64,000 bases of DNA from Moniliella sp. 'wahieum'. Its lineage: Eukaryota. Numbering within the stretch: position 1 is the stretch's first letter; the number at the start of each line of letters is the position of its first letter. A program made the translations under genes and the position numbers. The notes beneath the pieces are model-generated. The model did no database searches and had not been told where the DNA came from. It worked only from the letters and a program-made list of their open reading frames with translations. The stretch spans positions 372,001 to 436,000 of the forward strand of contig RSEE01000022.1 in the NCBI GenBank assembly GCA_003971905.1, written 5' to 3'. This document shows, piece by piece, positions 11,364 to 22,038 of the stretch.

Positions 11364-13708
11364 TTAAAAGGGGACAGCAAAGAGAGTGGTAGCCGTCGAG
11401 CTGTTCTCAATCCCAGTCGACGATGCGCTGGCCGAGGAATCGGGAGTCATGCTGCTTTTTGGCGCACCCATTTTTGGCGACGGGGTGGGAGAAGCCAACA
11501 CGACTTTCGACGAGACAGACGCATCCGCCGACGATGAAGCGCTGGACGACGGGGAGAGGAGCGCCAGGGAGCTCGCTGCATCAGCCGTTGAGGAGACGGT
11601 AGGGGTAGGCACCACTGTCGATGAAGGCTCGAGCTGCGACGAAGCAGGCAAGGACTCCGACGACGAAGGGCTGACGCTAGAGCTGGGCTTGGCCGGCTTC
11701 ACGTAGGAAGAAGATGGAGCGGCAGAAGCTTGGTCTGATTCCGACGAGGACTCCGACGACGAAGGGCTGACGCTAGAGCTGGGCTTGGCCGGCTTCACAT
11801 AGGAAGAAGTTGGAGTGGCAGAAGCTTGGTCTGATACCGACGAAGGCACAGAAGTACCCTTATCCGCCTTGCTCTCCGACCACGACTTACTCGCATGGCC
11901 TGACCAATCCGATCCCGCCGACGACGAGGCGACCGAAGAGGAGACGGGCATCCAAGACGAGGCCGATTCCCACCCCGTAGGTGAGGAAGAACTGGCGACC
12001 CAAGAAGACGAGCTGTGCGCACTTGGTACTACGCTAGACGAGGGGTAGTCGGAAGCTTGAACCGAGGACGAGTTAGCAGAGGCGTGGGCGTGTTGCGCCT
12101 CCGACGGCAAAGCCGACGCGGTGGGAAGACTGCTGCTCGCGTCGGAAAGGCTCTGGCTCACACTGGATGCAACCGGGATCGAAGCGTTCACGCTAGGGTA
12201 CACCTGGACGGTAGAGCCGTCGGTCACCGTCACCGTCACGGTAGGACTCGGAGCCGAGTAATGACTGTGCCGGGTTGGCGTGAGCGTGGCAAGGGAAGAT
12301 GAAGCGACGCTAGACGAGTCGGTGAGCGAGTTCCACTTGTAACTTGTCGAAGACGCGGTTGGGGTAGCCGAGCTGGAGGCCGGGGCGGGTTCCCCGCTCG
12401 GGCTGGCAGAAGGCGAGGAGACCGACTGATGGGTAGCCACAGATGCGGACGGTGTGCCCGTCTGGCCTGACGAAGACCCGCTTGAACAGTGAGGAATCCG
12501 AAGAGGCGGTTCTGCTGCGGCCGGGACAAAGGTCAAGTCGAGGAATTTGGTTTGCGACACGGAAAAGCTCTGTGCCTCATGGTTGGTCACCAACCCTCAA
12601 TACTGGTAGAGTTGGGGAGGTTCGAAGCCTGGGAACCAAGCAATTGGTTCTGCTGCCGAGCTCCATCGGTAGCGTTCTTGGCGGGCTTGCCCCAGCTGCC
12701 TGTAGTAACCGAACCGGCGTGCTCCTGGACGAAGAGAGGCAGCAACTGGCCGGAAAGAGGTGAATACTGGAACCGCTGGCTTGACGGTTCTCCCACATAG
12801 CCGGGAGAGTATGTGCAGGGCTCGAGGTGCAGCGGTGCAGGCGGTATCGTGGCGAAAGTGGCACACCAGTTCTGGGCCGTCGCCGTCGCATTCAGCAAGG
12901 GCACAACAACATTGACCGTGATCGTGTCGAGTGCTGTATCCGCCACAGCCGAGCTCGCTCCGCTTGCCGATGACGGCAATCATCTCACCCAGCAATTGCT
13001 GCTCGGTCGCATCCGTAGGGACCAAATACAGGAGCGTGCGCTCGAACTTGCTGGCTTGGAGCGTATAGTTGGTCACAGTGGCATCCAAGAGAGCAAGATC
13101 ATGCGCCTCCTTGGTCGTAATGTTCTGACTCGCCAGGGTAGCATTGGACTGAGCAAGGCTGGTATTGTAGACCGTGTGCAAGACAATGTTTCCGATAATT
13201 TGGTCCTTACTGGGAGTTCCAGCAGGCTGACCACGGGAGGGAGCATCATTGTACGTGTCGTGCGCAACAGTGACATACCCGGGAATTGAGCTTGGACCAG
13301 CCAAAGAGCCATCCCGCTTGCAGTTAGAAGTCTGTACAGGATAGGGGGAAATGGGTCAGTATGTCACGACCGGTAGGATGTAGGCTGAGTGTGGGGCCGA
13401 GTGCGGGAGTGAAGACATACCATGCTCACTTTCGACCTCTTCTGTTGGCGGGAAGAGTTGGGGCGATGGGGCTTGCGGGCAGAGAAGCGCTGCTCACCGG
13501 GGCCACTGGGGCCTTGGGCGCGAGCCCAACCGGGTTGAGCCGCCTTGAAAGGGTGAGCAGGGGCTGCACCGCGGGGTTGAGAGTACTTTCGCTGTTGCAG
13601 GTCGCGGCCGAGGTTGGAGTTGACAGGATAGGCCTCAACGGCGGGGCTGCTGCCAACCAGGGCAAGCAGTCCCGTCAGGGCTGCAAAGGCGGGCGAAAGG
13701 ACGACCAT
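11364..13708 (-). CDS. Secreted protein with a small Cys-containing domain and a long Ser/Thr-rich tail (intron 13332-13420, frameshifts)
   Basis: Signal peptide MVVLSPAFAALTGLLALVGSSPAVEA; in-frame GTATGT...TACAG intron; WCATF...LHLEPC...SQRFQY segment; about 400 aa Ser-rich C-terminus. Confidence 0.7.
11651..11843. repeat. Two-copy 96-bp tandem duplication (32 aa) in the Ser-rich tail
   Basis: aggactccgacgacgaagggctgacgctagagctgggc... begins at both 11651 and 11747. Confidence 0.9.
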
Positions 13709-15283
13709 TCTGGGTTAAGGTTGCAAAAGCGACAATAAGAGGGGTGGGGGCGGAAGGGTAAGGTATGCGCGGGGGTCACCAGGACTCGAGGCAGACGAGA
13801 GGATGGGGAGCACAGCCAGCTGTGATGGGAAAGAAGAGAGCACCAGGCTCAGGGCAAGGGGGTGGCAGTGAGTTGGTTTGCAAAGCACAGATGGAGGTGG
13901 GGGAAAGAGAAAGGGACACACCTGCCCAACCGCAGCTGTGTTGTTATATACTGTCCGTGCGGATAGGAGCAGGGCAAGGACCAGTGCGACCAGATCCGCT
14001 GCATCTACCAACACCAACAGCCGCGCTGAGCTGCCCGCTGAGGCAACGCGGCCCCGACGCATAGAGTCTACGCGAGCATGTCGGGGATTGGAGAGATTAT
14101 GATTGATCGATTACCGCGGCCAATTGCCCTGGGCGGTCTGATCGATCTGATCGATGACCGTTGTTCTGTGTTTCCTCAGAGAGCGCCTACTCAGTCACTC
14201 AGTACTCAGTGTATACTGCAGTCATAGTCAGTAGTACTCAATACTCAGTTGATGCAGGCGATACAGATCATTGATCATCTAACAGAAACCATCAACACCA
14301 TCGACACCATCAAAACCACGGCTAATAAACTAGGCTTTTGGGCCGGGGGTGGGTGGCTGTATGTTCCAGGCACTAGGTAGGTACAACTGTTCCTAGCTTC
14401 GGTCAAATTCAAATGTAGACCCCAACCTTCCTCTGACGCGTCTGACGCCCGCGCATACGCACGACACTGGTGCAGTGGCCCTGTCTCCCGGCAACCCGGC
14501 GCCATGGGGTTGCAAATTGCACGGCCAAGCCAGGGCGTTGTCTGCGGTGCCGGCTTGGCTCTGCGCTAGAAACGGAAGGTCTTTCTCGGCAAGGCCATAC
14601 ATTCCACCTTCAGCGTTGCTACTCTCGCATGTCGGTCAGTACTCTGTACTCATGTACTGAGTACTCAGTCTGAGATCGGAGCTGAGACGCTGAGGAGTCG
14701 CTAACTGACAGGGACAGAGGACCCTGGGTGGGCGCGTCACACGTCACCAGGGACGCGGCAGGGGGCGGCACTACACTGTCTACCTTCCTCTTGCGGCAAT
14801 GCGCGCTTCTTCTTTGCCAAGCACCCAGTCCAGCTGCCTGCTCTGCGGTGGCACCAGTCACACTCACTACGAGTCACTACGAGTAGTCAGCAGGCTACCC
14901 GCCATCGCAAGGTGACATTCCCATCTACGCACCCACCTTCTCTCTCTGCCACCCTCCCCCACAAGTCCTATGCCAGCGTGCGTCAGCGCATCAGCAGCAG
15001 CTCGGCACTACTACGCCATACTCGCGCATCCCAGGTTGCAGTATCATGCACACCACCATATCACATTGCATGTCGGCGCCCACAGGCGCCCACCAGACGG
15101 ACCATCGCTTCATACTCAGATTTCAGATCTTCAGATCTCATCAGTCATCCCAAACACCTCGCGCCCCCGCTCGGCTCGGCGCTCACACGCTCACCCCACA
15201 GTGGCCACCCGGACCGACGGAAGGCCGAAGACTTGAAGCTTCCTTGAAGAGCTTGAAGCTTGAAGCTTGACATGTGACAGCGC

Positions 15284-18200
15284 TCATGCGCGCATAGGGG
15301 TGTGGTCGACCACCCTAATGCGATCTTGGAGCGAAGCTGGGATCTCGTCTTGCCTGTGCAGCTTCCCACGCAGCGCCATGAGCTGCGTCACCTCTGCGTC
15401 CGAATAGGCAATGTCCGATGGGCGCTCCTGCAAACCTCCCCTTTCAAACAAGTCGCTTTGGCCGTTTTTGAGTGCCTTCTCCAGCTCCTCCAGCGGGAAC
15501 GCATCCAGCCTCCGTACCATATCAGGCTTGGCAAGCTCCGTCTGCACCCATGAGTGCAAATGCGACTCGGCACTCTCGTTCGTCACAAGGTTGAGGACCA
15601 GCAGCGACTAGCATACCAAAACGTGTGAGAGAATAATTCAGAGCACGATCACTCCCAAGCAGAAGAGGACGTACCTTTTGTTGCCCAAAGCGCCAAACGT
15701 AGCCAAGGTTGAACCAATTGGTCATGGGCACCAAGTCTTGTCCGAAAAACTAAAGGCCACAACAGGTAAGCGACGCGCCTAAGGGCACCACAAAGGGGGA
15801 TGGAAAGACTAAGACGTACGATCACTGTGTCGGCAGCAAGCAAGTTCAAGTTCGCCGATCCTACCCGTGAGTGAAGGAGGAGCACTGACTCTGCTGCCTT
15901 CTCCTGATTCCAAGTTTGTTGGGCAAGTTCAATGTCCTCCTTGCTCGACTGACGGTCGATACGAAGGTAGTTGTAATGCATCACGAGCAAGAGCTCTTCA
16001 ATGACGTCCAGGTCCATCGCTAGTGACGGGACAATCACGCACCGGTGTCCCGTCGCGGCTAGTTCGCTCAGAAGCTGAGTCAGGAGCGTCAACTTGGCAC
16101 TGCCTTGCAGCAATTGGGAAATGGAGGGGTTTAGATCGTGGTTCCTGTTCAAGTACTTGTCTCCGCACAGGAACGTGTTTTGGCACACCCTCAACAGCTC
16201 CAAGAGAATGGACAGCATGCCCTCTCTGGCGACTCTGGGCTTAGCCCGCGCTGCCGGCGCACATAGGGCCTGGATATTACTCAAATTCCGACACAGAATG
16301 TTATGGTATAAGACCTTCTGGGGTGCTGCCAGCGCTCGATACCACCAGCTCCGTCACTCGCAATCCTTCTTCTGCCAACAGTTCGATTCGGCCCCGACGA
16401 AGCCAGTAAGGCTGAAGTTCTTGTTCCATCTCCATCCGCCCGGGTACGTCCTCAAGTGCGGCAGACCGACCTGGTGTATCGGTGGTATGAATCGTGTTGA
16501 ATACGTTGGCCAAGAGAGATGGGGATAAGGCAGTGTCAGAGAAGAAGATTCCTCTCGAGGAGAGGATCTGTTCCATGTCCTTGCTGCGCTCGAGATCAGT
16601 ACAGGCGGAAGCGTGGAAAACGATCAGTTCCCAATGTTGGACCCGTTGGTTCAACATCTTCAGCAACATGATCGCTTGCATCTGCCACCACCACCTCCGC
16701 TTTGAGGTCAGTCAGGCCAGGTACGGAGGCAATTGTCGATGCGGATGGGTGGAAAAGCTCATAGGCCTCTAGAACATTGTGGTCCCCTTCAATGCCGACA
16801 GTGTTGGCAGAAGGAAGCCACATACGAAATGCGCGAACCCAATGCGCGATGGTGTGCCTTGGAACAAGGAGGAGGAACGGAGAAGCTTCGCGGACGCTGA
16901 AGAGCCAAGAGATGAACTGAACAATCTCAGCTGTCTTTCCCATCCCCGAATCGTCCGTAAGGATCACAGGGCGCATTTGGGCCCAAAGGTTCATCATCTT
17001 GCGAACCGTCTCTTGTTGATATGGTGCCAGAACGCCCTCAGCATTCGCAACTTGCAAACTCGCTTCAGACTCAGTAATGGCTCTGCTTTTTCCTGACCGG
17101 GGCTTCGAACAAGAACGTCACGAGCGTTGAGGTGGCCGTAGTAGGCATCCAGGAGGCTGGCGCGGTATGCTTCATCTTCCAGACTTGCTTGAGTCACTTC
17201 GACCCACGATGCATCTCCATAGTCTAGTCCAACCCATTTGACAAGCGCCCACGCCACGTGCGTTATCGTCTTGCTCGCCTCGGACGGATTTAGCATTTGG
17301 GTGCCATCCAGCTGAGCAATGTGAATCAAGCCACGGATCGAGCGGGGGGGGATGCCTGCCGGACATTCACGTAGCACATTCAGCGACTTTTCCGTCATAC
17401 GCACCCCAATCTCTGCCAACTCGTTCGAAGGGAGGATAGAGGCACGATAGTAAATATCGAGGATGCGCTCAGGGACCATCCAGCTGGCTGGAATGCGTTC
17501 CGCTGCAGACGGATCCGGTCCTGGCCGTTTCTTGCCCACCTGGCTTGAAATTGAGATTGATCGGGTGGAACGGGTGGAACGGGAGAACGGTAATGCACCC
17601 ACGGCTCATTTGGGTTGTGTTCGAGTTGCTCCCACTTGTCGGCATCCGCAATCGCTGTATACTGAGCGCGAGTCCAGTGACGGATGTTGGGAATAGCCCG
17701 GGGTTGACTTGGGGAAAATGGCTGGCTCTTGGTGCTAAACGATTTGAGCAAGGTGGGAAAGACCCGCTCCAGCCATATGCGCGGCACCCAAGCCGTCGAA
17801 CGCCACGACTCATTGGTGAACTTGACGAGGTATTCATGTGTGAGTAACTCGAGTTTCCCGTGCTCAACGCCATGGTTCATGGCGCGAACCTTTTCTGCAT
17901 TTTGAGGGCTGGCTGGGCGCCATGCCAAGATCTTCTCCACCTGAGGCCACTGGAAACAGTCAGGGCAGTTCCAATGCTCCAAGATCTGGACGCGGAACGA
18001 AGCGGCATATTCAGTTCCAGGGGCGTTGTGGTAAGCGGTAACGAGACACTCATAGTGCGCAAATCGCCTGCACCTGATACACCGGAACACAGGCCGAGCA
18101 TAGTCTCCCAGCTCTGACACGTCGTCATCGCTCTCCTGGCCCCACTTTTCATCCGCCTCTTGGGAAGAACGACCAACGGGGTCCAAACCACAGATGTAAC

Positions 18201-18903
18201 ACAGCGCCGGCTCTTCGTAGCACGTCATGCAGGGAATGTCCTCGCGGACCATGCTAGCAGGAAGTTCGGTTAAAACGGGTGGTCTACGACCCTTGGGAGC
18301 CATTTCTGCATTCTCCTCATTGATATCACTCAGAATGCTGGCCTGGCGGTCCTTGGAGAGGCACTTGAAATGGAGGGCGGCGGTGCACTCGGTACAGCGC
18401 AGCCAGGCCCCAGAGAGGCAATGGAGAACTGGCTGGCGGCGGTGGCGGAGGAAGGCATAGTGAATGATTGGTTGACACCATTGCTGAGCATTTGGTATTG
18501 CGAGGCAGGCGGGGGGGCAGCTTGCACACCTGGCAACTGGCAGACGGGACGGGGGAGGGGGGTCAGTAATTGCAACGGCGGAAGCGGGCGGCGCGGCGAC
18601 AACAGTGACAGCCATGACAGAGGCGGTAAAGAAAATAGGGATGGAGATAGATGCCTTTCAACACGCACGATGGCCAGTGGTTATCAATGGTACGCAAATT
18701 TGACGCATAGGTCTGCAGCCCCTGTTCGACGTCGGCATGACTCCCCGGCACTGGAGGGCCATGTAGGCCTGTCGGATGAAGGCCTCCATGTTGGCTGAGA
18801 TGAGCAGTTCTGTCTTGGGCTGAAGGCCGCCAGAAACTTCAACTGTCTCAGAAGTGTTCCCAGCATCGACGTGCTTGCGCTTGCTGGGCCCGGCGGCGGA
18901 CAT
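15284..18903 (-). CDS. Mit1/CHD3-like protein: PHD-type zinc fingers, double chromodomain, and a SNF2-like helicase fold with degenerate catalytic motifs (introns 15608-15674 and 15750-15819; start uncertain)
   Basis: CTECTAALHFKC, CIRCRRFAHYEC...WNCPDC; VEKILAWRP...EYLVKF; ALVKWVGLDYGDASW; LAPYQ, ILTDDSGMGKT, LQPYWLRR, SAKLTLL, NLNLLAADTVI, RFGQQK. Confidence 0.88.
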
Positions 18904-20061
18904 GGTGGTGGTGTTGTTTCGGGGTGTGGTGGTGTTTGGCTCGGGATGGCGGTCATGCATCGTAACGCGTCATGGCGAGCATGGACGAAGCGCTTTGTGT
19001 CCATTCGAGTTTTAATTTCAATTTCTATCTTCCTCCAAAAGCGGGTTGCAGTGTCATTTACCCCACACTTCTATGCTGGTTTGGGTGCTTCAGGGGGGAC
19101 GCAGCCGGACAGGCATTGTAGTATTGTGGTGACGACCCGTCAGGGCGACGTGGATTCCCTAGGGAGACGACCCTCTGTGAAGTTGGCCCTAGGCCACTAT
19201 CTTGTCCTCACACCTATTCTTTCCTTGGTACTCCTGTGTTTGCTTCTCCCATGTTTTTTCGCCACACGATCTCAACGCCGCCTTTGCCTCTCTCTCATCT
19301 CTCTCGATATACTCCGATCATATATATCTCTCGTTTTCATACGTCCGAAGCATTATATCTGGGGTCATATCTCTGTTGATAGACTCCCCGGGATCAACGT
19401 TACCAACATTACGGTAATATTCAATGTTGAGGGGATGGGACATTCAACGTTCCGTAAAGTACTCATCAGACTGAGAATAGTGAGTGCTATGATCGAGAGT
19501 TCTTGCAGCGTTTTTCTGTGAATGTATACACTGGCCCGGTTTCATATGGGTCAGGTAGTATAACCACCCCGACGGTCCATAACGCATAGCGCGTAACGTT
19601 CCATATATTAATCCGTCGCTTCATATGGTCCCCCTGTTTCTTGCACGTATGGAGAGCATGGAGGAGCTCGTTATACATCTTGGGGTACTCTCTGTGGAGG
19701 TAATAACCCGGTGACGTTGACACAGATTTACACACAATCATGTTCCAATGCATAAGATAGAGATTATGATGAAGTCGTTATTGTTGACATGATCAAGGCG
19801 ATCCCTCTGTTAATTATCCAAAGACATTAGTGATGGGTCCTATAGGCCTAAAAGTCAGTTCGCTAAGAATAAGTGTATTCCAACGTCAATCAGCGCGACC
19901 AGGCTCTTGCTTGTACTGTGGTGGCTCAGCTGTGGAAAACCCATCTGTGCTGCAATGGGCCCTATGAGTATATAGCACCTAACATTTGCTTACTTGCAAA
20001 CAATTCGTACACATTATAGTATCCTGCAATGCTGTGCGGGACGTACAAACTCGACAGACAT

Positions 20062-21420
20062 TCAGGCTCTGCTATCGAAGATAGCCGTAACGGAAGATTG
20101 GCAACTTCCTTGCTCTCCCCACCAGGCAGGAGTGGAGGAAGGCATGGCGCATATGTCGGCCCCGACCCTTGACTTGTGCCTTGACCTTGGCCTTGGCTTT
20201 GACTTTGAAGAAGATGCCCCACTCGGTACAGGTGCCGACGTTACAGAGCCTGCGGGTGCATCTTCCTCCGGAGCCAGTGACATGGTGGCCCGGTAGCGGG
20301 CAGCTAAAAGTGCTGGCATTGGAGTGCTCGGCGCCATTCCCGGATAATTCATTCCGGACCCAGTCATGCCGGCCAGTAAGGTGCACCAAAAGTTCTTGAG
20401 ACGACCAGCCAGTCAGTTGTCCCTCCCATGGACTAGAGCCCCAAGCGGGTAGGCCTTGAGCGACGGATATGGGGGAAGTTATGGCTGCTTCGGCGGCAGC
20501 GGAGGCAAGCGCGGAGGAATCGGTAACTGCAGGCGGTGGAGCGGGAACCGAAATGGTGGGAGACGCACTCTCTTGCTTGATGGAAGAAGTGGGAGGATCC
20601 AGGGGACCCCGAATCACCACGTTCGTCTTTGCTGCTTTTGCGTCGCAATGCAACGGACGAACGTTTGCGCGGACGCTTGGGAGGAGGTTTGCGCAAGTCG
20701 GGTAACGTGGGTAAAGACCGGCGACCATCAGAATGGACCGGGGCCAGAGAGGCCTCGGGAGGAAGCTCGGAGTGAGCCTGAAGTGTTTCTAGAACATCGT
20801 GTCCATCATTGTCGTTAGAGTGGGGGTCCCAGGCCTGAGCGAGCGCCGCTCAACCGGGTTAAACACAAATTGCTCTAGTTCCCGGCGGACATTGTGTGTG
20901 CGCCGAGGAAGCCGCCCATGCCATCCGCCGCAATATGTGATGCGATCACACCAAGCATGACCCGCAATTTGGCATTTTCGAGCATCAGCCGTCGCAGCAG
21001 CCACCGCAGCCGATTAAGTTGGGTCGCCGGGTCGGAGGAAAGGAGCTCAACACGGCACTCGAGGGCACGAATGTACTCCTGCTTGCGTTGACGGAATTCG
21101 CGCTGCGCCAATCGATTCTGGGTCTTGCGTGTCAAGGCAGCATCACCGGCGGGCACAAATGAGTGGGTCGAGACCGAAGTGGAGGTCTGGGCAGCCAAAG
21201 CCTCCAGCGAAGGGTCGACCTTCATGGATGGGTTAGCGGCCAGCGGTGATTGGGGATGGCCGGCTAGGCTATGCTGGTGGGAATGGACATGCTTGGATCG
21301 GCGGCTGGACATGGCATGCTGTGCTGCGGCAGCGTAGCCGGTCTGGCGATCCTGTGCAGAGAAGGTGCCGTCGTCGAGATCGAGGTCCTCGTCGAGCGGG
21401 TCGAGGCTTCCCAAGGGCAT
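20062..21420 (-). CDS. bZIP transcription factor (AP-1/Yap-like basic region); 3' end uncertain
   Basis: RKTQNRLAQREFRQRKQEYIRALECRVELL followed by a leucine-zipper-like helix. Confidence 0.8.
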
Positions 21421-22038
21421 AACGGCAGGGGCAGTGGCCGTGGCAATTAGCGTGGGGGCAGTGGTTGGAGGTGAAGAAGCAACCAGCAGCAGCGACAGCG
21501 CCCGCAACGGCAGGAGGGGGGCGGGGGGTGGGGGGTGAATGGGCACTCAGCTGAGCGTGAGACGGTGGGCGTTGCGCCACGGTGGGGGCGGCAGCGGGGA
21601 GGCAGCTGCTGCTGCTGGGCTCGCCGGATGGTGCTTAAGGAACTGGCTGGCGCGGATCGGAAACACGGCCACAGCACCGCACCCGATAAGTGATGGCGCG
21701 AGCCGACACTGCCCCGCCCACCCCCCGCTGCGGGCAGATGCCATCACCGTGCATCACCGTGCCACCGCCTCACCGTGCATCCCCGCCGCACTAGGGTTGG
21801 CCGCTATGTCCGACCGGCACGGCGCCAGTGGCCGATGGCTGTCTGGTCCGGCCCGCCGCGCCGGTGGGCTGCACTAGGCCGTACTCGGCTTGCAGTGGCT
21901 TGTGGGGCTCGCAGCGGCCGGGGCGCTCGGGCGGAATGCAGGCGCCGTTCCGCCTGCGCCACGTCGAGCCCCGGCGGCCGTCTGTTCGGCCACCACGGCG
22001 CATCACCACCACCACCCTCCCATCGCCCCCCTCGCCCC

